A stretch of 64,000 bases of DNA from positions 1 through 64,000 of the IMG/VR virus record IMGVR_UViG_3300044695_003432; one strand, given 5' to 3'. The position numbers and the translations under genes were made by a program. The stretch's first letter is position 1, and each line of letters starts with the position of its first letter. Under the pieces are notes generated by a model. That model made no database searches. It was given only the letters and a program-made list of their open reading frames with translations, and was not told the origin of the DNA. Shown piece by piece: positions 1 through 8,891 of this stretch. The stretch comes from a virus.

Positions 1-247
1 CGCTCGTGGGCGTGCGCGGCGTTGGCCCGTGCCTGCGCATCCACCACGGGAACAACGTCACGAAAACAAGATTTCTCGTCGTTCTTGTTTTCTTGCGGGG
101 CGGGCTTAGGCAACTCCGCTTTACCACTGTTTGCGGTAGGAAAATCTGGGGGCGTTTCCTTTACTAGCCGCGCGTTCCCAGACGCCTCTGCTGTCAAAAC
201 CGGCGATGTTGCCTTTGGCTGACACTTCTCCCCTTCGACGGGGGTGA
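1..247. repeat. Copy 1 of a near-identical direct repeat (copy 2 at 43820-44072)
   Basis: cgctcgtgggcgtgcgcggcgttggcc... matches 43820 onward with 2 substitutions in the first ~210 bp, then diverges. Confidence 0.95.
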
Positions 248-452
248 GGTGGTAGCCCCAGGCCTTCAGCAGCTCCTCCGCGAGATGCCCCGGAATGTCC
301 TGTTCTTCCGTGTGGCGGTGAACCTCGCTCGGAACCCAATGATCGCGTTCGCCGACGACATGGAAGTTGATCCCGCGGCGGTACTGGAACAGCCACGCAT
401 GACCGGGCTTACTCGTCCACCCGTCGCCAACCATCACGTCGATCGTCTTCAT
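1..452 (-). CDS. Hypothetical protein, runs off the left edge; homologue of 43573-44091 with a longer N-terminus
   Basis: Manual translation from ATG 452: MKTIDVMVGDGW...TSPVLTAEASGNARLVKETPPDFPTAN...; ATGA overlap with the upstream gene. Confidence 0.75.
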   Translation of the reverse strand, partial: MKTIDVMVGDGWTSKPGHAWLFQYRRGINFHVVGERDHWVPSEVHRHTEEQDIPGHLAEELLKAWGYHLTPVEGEKCQPKATSPVLTAEASGNARLVKETPPDFPTANSGKAELPKPAPQENKNDEKSCFRDVVPVVDAQARANAAHAHE

Positions 453-793
453 GCTGCCACCGTCCTTTCCGTTGCCGCCCGAATCTGTGCCTTCGCCCAC
501 ACGCGGGCCGCTGCTTCCTGCAATGAGCCAGCGAACCACACGCCGCCCAATCCGATTCCCTTGTCGCCGTCCGCTATTGCTTCCGCCACCGACGCGACGG
601 CCTTGATAACGCTGCGGTAGCCGCTGTATCCCACAACGCTAGCGACCTGTTCCAGTGTCGCGCTCGTGTAGTGACGCAGCGTGTACGACGCCAGTTGCTT
701 CGCGTACACCGCGCGGGGTGTGCCGTGGGTTTCTTCCCGCACCTTGACTTCCTCGCGTGCCGCTTCCATGACGTACCTGAATGGAATCACCAT
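449..793 (-). CDS. Stand-alone DnaA C-terminal (domain IV)-like helix-turn-helix protein
   Basis: PRAVYAKQLASYTLRHYTSATLEQVASVVGYSGYRSVIKAV resembles the DnaA domain IV pattern; start overlaps the dnaB stop. Confidence 0.6.
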   Translation of the reverse strand: MVIPFRYVMEAAREEVKVREETHGTPRAVYAKQLASYTLRHYTSATLEQVASVVGYSGYRSVIKAVASVAEAIADGDKGIGLGGVWFAGSLQEAAARVWAKAQIRAATERTVAA

Positions 794-2202
794 GCCTGCC
801 CTCCGCTTTCGTCGATGTTCTCGAACCGCGTGCGTTCCGCGTTCCAACGCAGATCAACAACGCCCGTCGGCCCGTTTCGCTGTTTCGCCACGATCAACTC
901 GGCCTTGCCAACCTTGTTGGGGTTCGCGGCCAACCACTCGGGATCGCTGATGTGGTAGTAGTCCTCGCGGTGCAGAAGCAGCACCACGTCGGCATCCTGT
1001 TCGATCGAGCCTGACTCGCGTAGGTCGCTCATGCGGGGCTTATTGCCCTCGCGCGACTCAGCCCCGCGATTGAGCTGTGACAGGCAAATGACCGGCACGT
1101 CCAGTTCGCGGGCCAGGGACTTGATGCCACGGCTGATCGCCGAGACTTCCACCTGTCGGCTCTCGCGTGCCTGTGCGGGGCTGGTCAACAACTGCATGTA
1201 GTCGATGACGATGGCACACACCGGGACGCCCTCACGCTTGCGGGCGAGAACGCGGCGGCGCGCCATTGTGCGGAGTTGGGTCACGGTCAACCCCGCCTTG
1301 TCGATGATGTCGATCGGCATCTTGGCAACCGCGTCGGCGGCACCGAGAACGCGGCGGTACTGGTCGCTGCCCATTGTGCCGTTGCGGAGAACGGGCAGGT
1401 CCACGCCCGCGCGGGCGGACGCGATGCGGTCCCACAGGGCTTCGGCGGACATTTCCAAAGAGAACAGCAGGATCGCCCCCGCCTCGGTTTCGCAGATGCC
1501 CTCGGCCATGTTCACGGCCAGGGCGGTCTTACCCATGCTCGGGCGGGCGGCGACGATGACCAACTCGCCGGGTTGGAAGCCGCTGGTCATGGCGTCGAGC
1601 CGGAAGAATCCCACCTTGACGCCCCGGTTGCCCTTCGGGGAGTCCAGTGCCGCGAGCCGCGCGGTCGTCAGTTCCTTCATGGTGCGAACCACGGCCTGCG
1701 ACTTGGCCTCGGTCAACTCGATAGCCCCGCTCTGGTACTGGTCGAGAACCACAACCACGGCGTCGGAGTTGGTCGGGTCCACTTGGTACGCATTGTGGAC
1801 AGCCGAGGCCGCATTGGTCACGAGGCGGCGAAGGGATGCGGACTGGCCGACGATCTTGGCGTAGTTCAACGCCGTTGCCGCCGAGGGCACACTGTCGGCG
1901 AGTTGCTGTAGGTACTCGACGCCACCAACGGCCTCGAACAGATTGCCGTTCTTGATCGCCTCGACCAATAGCACGAGGTCGATGCGGCCCGTGCGGTCGA
2001 TGATGTCGCACGCCACCCGGTAGATCGCCGAGTGCCGCTCGTCATAAAAGTCCTCAGGGCTGGCGATGTAGGTCTGGACTTCGGCGAGGACGTTCGGGTC
2101 AAGCAGGATGGACCCGAGCAGGCTCATCTCGGCATGGACCGCCGTGGGCACGGGGCGATTGAACAGGGCTTCGAGCTGGACGACGGGTGCGTTACGCTGC
2201 AT
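787..2202 (-). CDS. dnaB: Replicative DNA helicase DnaB
   Basis: AARPSMGKT Walker A, IDYMQL, LSQLNR, SDLRESGSIEQDAD, KQRNGPTG; probable start MQRNAP at 2202. Confidence 0.97.
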   Translation of the reverse strand: MQRNAPVVQLEALFNRPVPTAVHAEMSLLGSILLDPNVLAEVQTYIASPEDFYDERHSAIYRVACDIIDRTGRIDLVLLVEAIKNGNLFEAVGGVEYLQQLADSVPSAATALNYAKIVGQSASLRRLVTNAASAVHNAYQVDPTNSDAVVVVLDQYQSGAIELTEAKSQAVVRTMKELTTARLAALDSPKGNRGVKVGFFRLDAMTSGFQPGELVIVAARPSMGKTALAVNMAEGICETEAGAILLFSLEMSAEALWDRIASARAGVDLPVLRNGTMGSDQYRRVLGAADAVAKMPIDIIDKAGLTVTQLRTMARRRVLARKREGVPVCAIVIDYMQLLTSPAQARESRQVEVSAISRGIKSLARELDVPVICLSQLNRGAESREGNKPRMSDLRESGSIEQDADVVLLLHREDYYHISDPEWLAANPNKVGKAELIVAKQRNGPTGVVDLRWNAERTRFENIDESGGQAW

Positions 2203-3097
2203 GGTGGCCCTCCTTGACCATCGCCACGAACTCGGGCGGGGGTGTATTGATGAACTGAGACTTGGGCCAATTGGCATACTTGGCGTGCTTGGCCTTCACA
2301 GCCGCTACGATTCGTTCTACGGCGTCCGAAGGCAGTTGACGGACCATCAGGGCATCCGACTCTCGGGCGTCTCTAATCGAATCTAATGGCGTTGTAGCCT
2401 TGAGCCAGGGTTCACCCGCGAGCCAACGGTCGATGCGCGGGGCAAACCGATCCGCCCATCCGGGATTGCTCTTGGCCTTCGCAAGTGCGGCCATGATCGC
2501 CGGTGCATGTTGGTCAAGGTTCTTGCGATACCAGTGCAACCGGGCGTGTCCGGGGTCGGGCCGCTTGTTCTCGGGGTAGGCGTGGAAGAACACCTCAAAC
2601 GGCTCGACGGCGTTAGAACCAGAAGACAGAATACATTCTTCTTCTTCATCTTCTACGAAACGGTTATCCGTTTTTGCCGAGGGGGGGATAAGGGGGGGGT
2701 TATCCGAACTTCCAACCCCCCGGTTATCCGAACCCCTTTTCAGGGCAGGATTGCCACCTTTGGCCCCGTTCTCCTTGTTCTTCTCAGACAGTGCAGCGTC
2801 CCGAACCATGCGGCGGCAGAAGATAACGCCGTCCTCAATCGAGTAGACGCCAGCGTGTTCAAGTTCGGCGAGCAACGCCCGGACCTCGGCGGCGTCGGCT
2901 CCCACGTTCCGCGCCAGTTCCTCCGGCGTCGGCGGTCTATTGCGGACCAACAGATACCCGCGCCGTTCGGATTCGTACATGATGCAGATCATCTCCCACC
3001 AAAGCCCTCTCGCCGCGAGCGAACACGCCCGGACCTCGGGGTCTTTCTTCCAGTCCCCGATATAGAACTGCATTGCTGGGCGTTTGTCCTTGGCCAT
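2192..3097 (-). CDS. Phage replication initiator (lambda O-like role)
   Basis: N-terminal RPAMQFYIGDW..D...CSLAARGLW typical of phage initiators; GAKGGNP linker with internal iterons; directly upstream of the helicase. Confidence 0.75.
   Translation of the reverse strand: MAKDKRPAMQFYIGDWKKDPEVRACSLAARGLWWEMICIMYESERRGYLLVRNRPPTPEELARNVGADAAEVRALLAELEHAGVYSIEDGVIFCRRMVRDAALSEKNKENGAKGGNPALKRGSDNRGVGSSDNPPLIPPSAKTDNRFVEDEEEECILSSGSNAVEPFEVFFHAYPENKRPDPGHARLHWYRKNLDQHAPAIMAALAKAKSNPGWADRFAPRIDRWLAGEPWLKATTPLDSIRDARESDALMVRQLPSDAVERIVAAVKAKHAKYANWPKSQFINTPPPEFVAMVKEGHHAA
2662..2733. repeat. Iteron-like repeats (putative origin) inside the initiator gene
   Basis: GGTTATCCG at 2662, 2698 and 2722, plus an inverted GGATAA near 2686. 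Confidence 0.6.
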
Positions 3098-3121
3098 CTT
3101 CTTCGCATCCTTGCGTTCAAT

Positions 3122-3310
3122 TCACTTCCACCACGTCTGTCCCGTCGTCTTCCCGTTCCGTCGCGTGTAGTCCCGTTGTCTCAGCTTGGACTCGTGAACC
3201 GCTTGCATGTGCGTGTGTTCGCCGGTGCTGCGTATAGCGTCGGCTATACAGGTGACGCAGAGCTTGCGGGTCGGACTGTCAAGCGGGGCTTGACACTTGG
3301 GGCATCTCAT
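3122..3310 (-). CDS. Small zinc-finger protein
   Basis: CPKC...CVTC; coupled to the upstream gene. Confidence 0.55.
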   Translation of the reverse strand: MRCPKCQAPLDSPTRKLCVTCIADAIRSTGEHTHMQAVHESKLRQRDYTRRNGKTTGQTWWK

Positions 3311-3711
3311 TCGGTCCTCCTTACGGTCATCACTAACTTCGCATCGTCACCCTTGCTCACCGTCATTGGAAGGTGCGTTAGGCCCGAGTCGTCGTCGATC
3401 AACCCCGCGTCCCTCAGCCCGTCGAAGTACGCCTTGCACCGGGCGAGCAGGTTGTCGTGGTCGCGCTTGCGGGCGTCCTCGAAGGTCCAGGCGAGTTGGA
3501 CCGATGCCCGTTCCCATCGCGGCTCGTCGCGGTTGAGGGCACCCATCGCCACCAACTTCGCGGCCTGCCGGTGCTGCTTCGTGACCTTCGCCTTTGCCAT
3601 GTAGTGCGGGCGTGCGTTCGGCGACAGCATGGGGCTTGGTACGGGGAGCGTGAGTACGACGTGGTTCATGGAGTCCTTTCCGTTATCCCTCGTTGATTTC
3701 CGCCTGTTCAT
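3307..3711 (-). CDS. RusA-like Holliday junction resolvase
   Basis: LPVPSPMLSPN, RKRDHDNL..CKAYFDGLRDAGLIDDDS. Confidence 0.85.
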   Translation of the reverse strand: MNRRKSTRDNGKDSMNHVVLTLPVPSPMLSPNARPHYMAKAKVTKQHRQAAKLVAMGALNRDEPRWERASVQLAWTFEDARKRDHDNLLARCKAYFDGLRDAGLIDDDSGLTHLPMTVSKGDDAKLVMTVRRTE

Positions 3712-3871
3712 CGCGCCGCTTGCGGTCGGTGAAGTCCTTTTCGAGTGCGGCGCGAATCTTGGCGAGGGCGCGGTCGTGCGCTTCCTGGGCGGATTCCTTC
3801 GTGATGCCCGTGATGCGGGCGATCTGGGCGAAGGTGCGGATGGGAGCGGTAAGCGGGTCGTGGTTAGTCAA
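3683..3871 (-). CDS. Sigma70 region 4-like HTH protein
   Basis: RTFAQIARITGITKESAQEAHDRALAKIR. Confidence 0.6.
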   Translation of the reverse strand: MTNHDPLTAPIRTFAQIARITGITKESAQEAHDRALAKIRAALEKDFTDRKRRDEQAEINEG

Positions 3872-3992
3872 GTGCCACCGCCGATCTTCCGCTTGGCCTC
3901 GCGCGCTTCGAGGAAGCGATTGGGCCTCAAGGGCGGTGTTTCCGAACGGCGTGTATTTTCCTTGAGTTTTACGGCCAATAGCGGTCGAGTTT

Positions 3993-4466
3993 TCACGGCT
4001 TCACCCCCGCGTCGGTGGTGGTCTGGGCGGCGAGGGCGGAGGTGGCGGCTTGCCTAGTGGAGTAGCAACTAGCGACTGGAACTAGGGCCGCCCCGCCGTA
4101 GACCTTTGCTGCAACATTCAGTCCATCGGGAACCGGATAGCAAGCGCCGTTCGTGGGGTGCCACACCACACTGTCTTGGCAAGCGATGTACCCATCCGCC
4201 GTCACCGGCAGCGTCCCCAGCACCTTCCTCGGCTCGCCCTTCTCGTCCGCAAACGCTGCCCACTTCTCCCGCTCTGCTGCGACGGCGGCGAGGGCGGTGG
4301 CGTGGTCGTTCTGCCTCGCCCTGTCGCGCTCGACGATCTGATACGCGATGCACGCTCTGATGCGAGTCCGCAAGTCGGCGTAGTGCTCGCCGGTTTCGGC
4401 GAACTCCAATCCGTGGGTGCAGTTGGCCGTCAATGAATCGGCTTCTTTCCATGCCTGGTCGCTCAC
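3993..4466 (-). CDS. Hypothetical phage protein
   Basis: GTG start at 4466 with RBS, overlapping the upstream stop. Confidence 0.55.
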   Translation of the reverse strand: MSDQAWKEADSLTANCTHGLEFAETGEHYADLRTRIRACIAYQIVERDRARQNDHATALAAVAAEREKWAAFADEKGEPRKVLGTLPVTADGYIACQDSVVWHPTNGACYPVPDGLNVAAKVYGGAALVPVASCYSTRQAATSALAAQTTTDAGVKP

Positions 4467-4834
4467 GTTCCGCTCCTTTCGTCCTTCTTCTTCTCCCGCT
4501 TCTCCCGGCGATGCTCGTGCAGTTCCTTCGCCGCGTCGATCATCGCGCGGACAAGCCGCTTCGCCGTGTGGTCGCAGGCTCGCAGGTCGTCGTCGTCGTC
4601 CAGTTCCAGCGACGCCAGCGCGTCGGCAAGGTCCAGTGCGATGTACTGGTCGTCGCCGTTTCGCAGGGCATCCAGCGCCCACCGGATGCACCAGCCGACG
4701 CCCGCGATGTTGTCGCCGGGTTGGTCGTCGGAGTCCTCGAACTCGACGCGACGGACGGCATCGCTCGGCCATGACGTGTGTTCGATTCGTACCAGCGTGC
4801 GTTGGCCTTCGCCGGGTTCGTGCTTGATGCTCAC
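4463..4834 (-). CDS. Hypothetical acidic phage protein
   Basis: ORF in a tightly coupled minus-strand operon. Confidence 0.55.
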   Translation of the reverse strand: MSIKHEPGEGQRTLVRIEHTSWPSDAVRRVEFEDSDDQPGDNIAGVGWCIRWALDALRNGDDQYIALDLADALASLELDDDDDLRACDHTAKRLVRAMIDAAKELHEHRREKREKKKDERSGT

Positions 4835-5163
4835 TACTGGTTCTCCATCTTCGTGTTGTCGCTCAGGGTTTGACGCGACCGGGATATGCGCTCCTGCGCA
4901 TACTTCTCGTGCAGGGTTTCCAGCCGCTCAATCGCGTGCATCGCGTCAATGAGCAATGCTTCCAAGTCGTACTCTCCCCACTCGGCGGCAAGGACAGACC
5001 GATCCCGCAGCCGACGCCACACCTTTGTTGTTTCCAGTTTCGCGGCATTTTCCGACGCTGGAAAACGCTTTGTAGCAGGAGCGACATTGGCGGCGCACTT
5101 GGCACACAGCCGGTCGTCGTCTTCCTCGTGGTACGTTCCGCATCCGTGGCAATGTCCGCTCAT
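4834..5163 (-). CDS. Hypothetical protein with N-terminal zinc ribbon
   Basis: CHGC...CAKC; AGGAG before ATG 5163. Confidence 0.55.
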   Translation of the reverse strand: MSGHCHGCGTYHEEDDDRLCAKCAANVAPATKRFPASENAAKLETTKVWRRLRDRSVLAAEWGEYDLEALLIDAMHAIERLETLHEKYAQERISRSRQTLSDNTKMENQ

Positions 5164-5329
5164 GGCTTGCTCCTTAGAATGGCCCATCGAAACCAATGGC
5201 GAGGCGTCGCAATCTCGATCCGGACTCCACGCCTAGCCCGCTCGATAACCAACGCGGTGCATCCGATCTGCAACCAGAGCAGGCACCCGTAGGCTTGGCT
5301 GTACTCCACGTTTCGTTCAATGCTGATCT

Positions 5330-5662
5330 TCACAGTTCGGCCTCCGCTTTCGTTTGGCGGTTGACGGTGTTACGAGAACGCTCGAAGTCGCGGAGTGTCA
5401 TCGCTTCGGCCTCCGCCCGCAACGCTCGCTCTTTCCACTCGCGGGTTCTTTCCCGCTCTGCTGCGACGGCGGCGGTGAGGGCGTCTTCGATGTCGTGTTC
5501 CAACTGCTCAAACTGCCGGTCCACGATGACCATGCCGTCGTCACGGTTGCGGATCGCGTCGGCGATTCGCTTCGCTGTCTTCTCATACTCGCTCACGTCG
5601 AACTCCTTTGGCTTCGCTGCCATCGCCGCGTACCGGCCTGCTCCCATTCCTCCGAACATCAC
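5330..5662 (-). CDS. Hypothetical coiled-coil protein
   Basis: AAGGAG RBS; position in operon. Confidence 0.55.
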   Translation of the reverse strand: MMFGGMGAGRYAAMAAKPKEFDVSEYEKTAKRIADAIRNRDDGMVIVDRQFEQLEHDIEDALTAAVAAERERTREWKERALRAEAEAMTLRDFERSRNTVNRQTKAEAEL

Positions 5663-5693
5663 TTGCTCCTTTCGCTCACGATCGCGCGTGCGA

Positions 5694-6110
5694 TCAACTG
5701 CCCAAACTCTCCACGCCTGCGGGCGTGCTGCCCCTGAAAATCACGAGGCAAGATGGGAACGGCGCGCCGGTCTTTGCCGTTCCGAACTTGAGCCGCCCGC
5801 GAATGAAACGGATCTCGCTTGCCTTCAACGCGAAGCCGTGCCACCAACGGGTGCAGGTGCGGGCCGGAACTAGAAGCACGACCGTTTTCCCAGCCGACGA
5901 TTCCAGAGCCGCTTTTTCCATCCACGGGTAGATGTCGCTGTACGGCGGATTCACGAAGCAAGGCGACTTCCACTCGCGGAGCAAGCCGTTCTCGGTTCCA
6001 CCAAGCGGGCACGGGTCGTCCGCGAACTGGAACTCGGCATTGAGGGCGTCGTAGACTGCTGCCGGTGTCGCCCACTCATCGCTCGCGCTGGAGAAGAGGA
6101 CGCGGTTCAC
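5694..6110 (-). CDS. Phage DNA N6-adenine methyltransferase
   Basis: SDEWATP, DPC, FVNPPYS, LLVPART, IRFIRGRLKF, APFPS. Confidence 0.9.
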   Translation of the reverse strand: MNRVLFSSASDEWATPAAVYDALNAEFQFADDPCPLGGTENGLLREWKSPCFVNPPYSDIYPWMEKAALESSAGKTVVLLVPARTCTRWWHGFALKASEIRFIRGRLKFGTAKTGAPFPSCLVIFRGSTPAGVESLGS

Positions 6111-6472
6111 CGTCCCCCTCCAATCGCTTCCACGCCTGCGGGGGTGATCGCGTACACGTTCGCGGTGCGGCCCGTGCTGATCTTGCGGGTGCCGATCGCT
6201 TTCAGGTGCCCAAGTTCGTGAACCAACTCGTTCACGCGCGGGTTACAGGTGCTGGTCTGAATGTCCAGCAGTTCGCAAATGTCTTCCTGCGTCATGCCAT
6301 GCTCGCGCCAGTGCGGGGCATTGCACAGTCGAAGGATGCGGGTGCGAATCGTTATGCCGCGCCCGCTGCGGTCGGTCGCCCGTGCAGCCGCGATGCTGGT
6401 CGCGGTTCGATTGTGCGGTGCCGAAAACCTTTCGGTGCTGGCGGCGAAAAGGCTGGGGGTGGCGTCGTCCAT
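6107..6472 (-). CDS. Winged-helix DNA-binding protein
   Basis: GMTQEDICELLDIQTSTCNPRVNEL...TRKISTGRTANVY. Confidence 0.65.
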   Translation of the reverse strand: MDDATPSLFAASTERFSAPHNRTATSIAAARATDRSGRGITIRTRILRLCNAPHWREHGMTQEDICELLDIQTSTCNPRVNELVHELGHLKAIGTRKISTGRTANVYAITPAGVEAIGGGR

Positions 6473-6482
6473 GACGGGCTCC

Positions 6483-6695
6483 TTACTTGGCCTTGCTCAC
6501 GCGATCGAGGGCGAAGCAGCCCGAGATTCCAGCGAGCCACGCGACCGGCGTGTGCCCGCCCAGAACCGATGCGGGATTCGAAACCGTTGTGGTCTTGATG
6601 TCGCCGTTGTCCATTCGCACGTTCACCCGAGTACCGATCGGGCACGCCGCGTTGAACGAGTCCACCTTGTTTTGCAGTGTCGTTTGCTTGTTCAT
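6483..6695 (-). CDS. Hypothetical phage protein
   Basis: AGGAG RBS; FNAACPIGTRV...VLGGHTPVAWLAG. Confidence 0.6.
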   Translation of the reverse strand: MNKQTTLQNKVDSFNAACPIGTRVNVRMDNGDIKTTTVSNPASVLGGHTPVAWLAGISGCFALDRVSKAK

Positions 6696-6723
6696 ACTTC
6701 ACTCCTGCGGCGTTGCCGCGTAA

Positions 6724-6849
6724 TGGGACGGGTGGGAGTCGAACCCACGTTTCCGCACGCCGGGCAGGATCAGTGCCCGCATGTGCGTTGCGTCTCCTAC
6801 GAGCGGTGCAGTGCCTAGGTATCACTGCACTTCGCCACGCCGCCGTCCC
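6724..6849 (-). ncRNA. tRNA-like RNA with enlarged D-arm and extended anticodon arm
   Basis: Acceptor GGGACGG/CCGTCCC-A, T-arm GTGGG-TTCGACT-CCCAC, 7-nt loop CTGATCC; 126 nt. Confidence 0.6.
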
Positions 6850-7040
6850 GAAAAACCCGGCGTCCGCTTTCGCTTGACCGGATTCGCGCACACCAACACG
6901 GTGCCCAGATGCGCGGCCCCACGCGGGGCTTGAATCAGCCGCGCCCCCTTTCGAGAACGCGGATGAGGCTCAGAGAAACCCGCCCCGCGCGTGGCTGACG
7001 TGGGGCGAGTGAGAGTCGCGGTCGGAATGACCGCTTCGGA

Positions 7041-7451
7041 CTAAAAGGGCAAATCGTCGTCGGGAAGTGCGTTGGCGGTCGCCGCTCGCGTGGCGGGCTG
7101 CTGCTGCTCGCCCCCGCCCTTGCTGTCAACGAAGTGGAACGTGTCAACGACAACCTTCAACTTGGACTGCTTCTTGCCCGTGTCCTTGTCGTCCCACTGG
7201 TCGAGCTTCAACCGGCCCTCGATGAGAACGGGGCGACCTTTGCTCAGGTACTTCGCCATCACCTCGGCGGTCTTGCCCCAGGCTTCGCAATCAACGAACG
7301 TGACTTCTTCGCGCTTCTCGCCGCCCTGCGTGGTGTAGTTGCGGTTGAGGGCGAGGCCGATGCGGGCGATCTGTTGACTACCCCCGACCGCTTTCAGTTC
7401 AATGTCACGGGTGAGGTTGCCCATCAGCGTGACCCTATTCAGACTCGACAT
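7041..7451 (-). CDS. ssb: Single-stranded DNA-binding protein
   Basis: LNRVTLMGNLTRDIEL, IEGRLKLDQW, C-terminal DDDLPF. Confidence 0.97.
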   Translation of the reverse strand: MSSLNRVTLMGNLTRDIELKAVGGSQQIARIGLALNRNYTTQGGEKREEVTFVDCEAWGKTAEVMAKYLSKGRPVLIEGRLKLDQWDDKDTGKKQSKLKVVVDTFHFVDSKGGGEQQQPATRAATANALPDDDLPF

Positions 7452-7884
7452 CTTCACTGTCCTTTCCGCCCGCGAACACGCGGGCACGCTTCACTACCAA
7501 CTCGTCCTTCGTCTCGATCTTGAACCACTCGCGGGGCATGTCGGGGTGCGCCTCCATGACGCTCGACGCCTTGTAAGCCGTCTTTGTCTGGAACCGAAAC
7601 AACTCGTCCGGCCCACCCTTTTCCAACAGCCGTTGGCCAACCAGTACGGGTTCAACAACCTTCTTGGTCGTCTTGCGCCCGACGTAGTACCGGATGTCGC
7701 CGTTCACAATCTCCCGCGTGCCCAAGTACGCAATTGCCGCATTGCTGACGTTGGCCTTGAGTTCCCGCACGCGGGCGTTGAGCGTGTCAATCGCGTCGTA
7801 CATGCGGATCAGGTCGTGGTCGTTACCCATGCCGGACTCGATAATCACGGCGGCATCTTCAACCTGTTCAATGAGTCCCTTCAC
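7435..7884 (-). CDS. Hypothetical protein
   Basis: Coupled between the ERF and SSB genes. Confidence 0.6.
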   Translation of the reverse strand: MKGLIEQVEDAAVIIESGMGNDHDLIRMYDAIDTLNARVRELKANVSNAAIAYLGTREIVNGDIRYYVGRKTTKKVVEPVLVGQRLLEKGGPDELFRFQTKTAYKASSVMEAHPDMPREWFKIETKDELVVKRARVFAGGKDSEDVESE

Positions 7885-8513
7885 GCGGCCTCCGTTTCGA
7901 GAATGAACAGGACGGAACCGGCTTCTTCATCCGTCATCTTCGCGCTGACCTTCACGCCAGTAGCCGCGATGATCGGCTTCCACTTGTCCGAGTTGTCGGC
8001 GGAAATCTTCTCGCCGATGCGCCCCTCGATGAGCTTGAACAGCTTTTCCTTCGCGGTCATCTGCTTTGGCGTCTCGGCCACAGCCTTGCGTGCAACCTCG
8101 GCGGCGGCAGGCTTGTCGCCGCGTCCGCTGGCGTGGTTCCCGTCGTCGTCGTCCGTGACGACTCCCACCACGGCAGCAAGGGCGTAGCGGCGGGCGTAGG
8201 TGATCGCGGAACCGAACGCCTGCGGGTCGTTCTTGACCGGCTTCATCGCCAGGGTTGACGACATCCATTGGCCGGATGAATGGATGAGGACGGTTTCAAC
8301 CTCGACGTTGCCGTTGGCGTCCGTGGTCGGGTGCTGGCTGATCGCAAGCCCATTGGCGGCGAGTTCACCCTTGCACGCATCCCACACGGAAGACAGGTCT
8401 GCGTATGACGACTTGAAGAAGGGGTTGGCCCGGTCCTTGATCGCAGACTTCATCTTCGTCTGCGCCTTGCACAGTGCCGCCGCCAGTTCGCCGATGCTTT
8501 CGCTCTTGTTCAT
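7881..8513 (-). CDS. ERF-family single-strand annealing protein
   Basis: NPFFKSSYADL, PQAFGSAITYARRYAL, DDDDGN. Confidence 0.92.
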   Translation of the reverse strand: MNKSESIGELAAALCKAQTKMKSAIKDRANPFFKSSYADLSSVWDACKGELAANGLAISQHPTTDANGNVEVETVLIHSSGQWMSSTLAMKPVKNDPQAFGSAITYARRYALAAVVGVVTDDDDGNHASGRGDKPAAAEVARKAVAETPKQMTAKEKLFKLIEGRIGEKISADNSDKWKPIIAATGVKVSAKMTDEEAGSVLFILETEAA

Positions 8514-8681
8514 GGTGTCTCCTGTAACCCCACCCGCGCCCGTTTCCAGACGCGGATGAGTTGGGGTGGTGTCAATCGTTCTTGTCGCCGTACAAATCGA
8601 GCATGTCGCTGACCAGTACCGCGACGATCGGAAGGGCCATCACAGCGCAGAGGCCGAGGATGACGGAGAGGGCGTAGAGGG

Positions 8682-8891
8682 TCATGCCGGCACCTCCGGT
8701 CGCGTCTCGCCCAACGCGCGGCACTGGCTAAAACCATCGGACTTCCCCGCCGCATACGCGGCTTCGAGGATCGCCTCGAGGATGTACGTCCCGCCCGTCA
8801 TCGCGCCAAAGTCGAGTTTGTGAACCGCTCCCGTCTCGGTCACGACAACCTCGCACTTGCCCGGCCCGGTATAAATGCACTGGTACTTCAT
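8682..8891 (-). CDS. Hypothetical protein
   Basis: ATGA overlap with the upstream gene. Confidence 0.55.
   Translation of the reverse strand: MKYQCIYTGPGKCEVVVTETGAVHKLDFGAMTGGTYILEAILEAAYAAGKSDGFSQCRALGETRPEVPA

Noticed and set aside
6724-6849. tmRNA or standard tRNA-Ile
   Set aside because: Too short for tmRNA, with no G3-U70 pair or tag ORF; too long and non-canonical for an ordinary tRNA.
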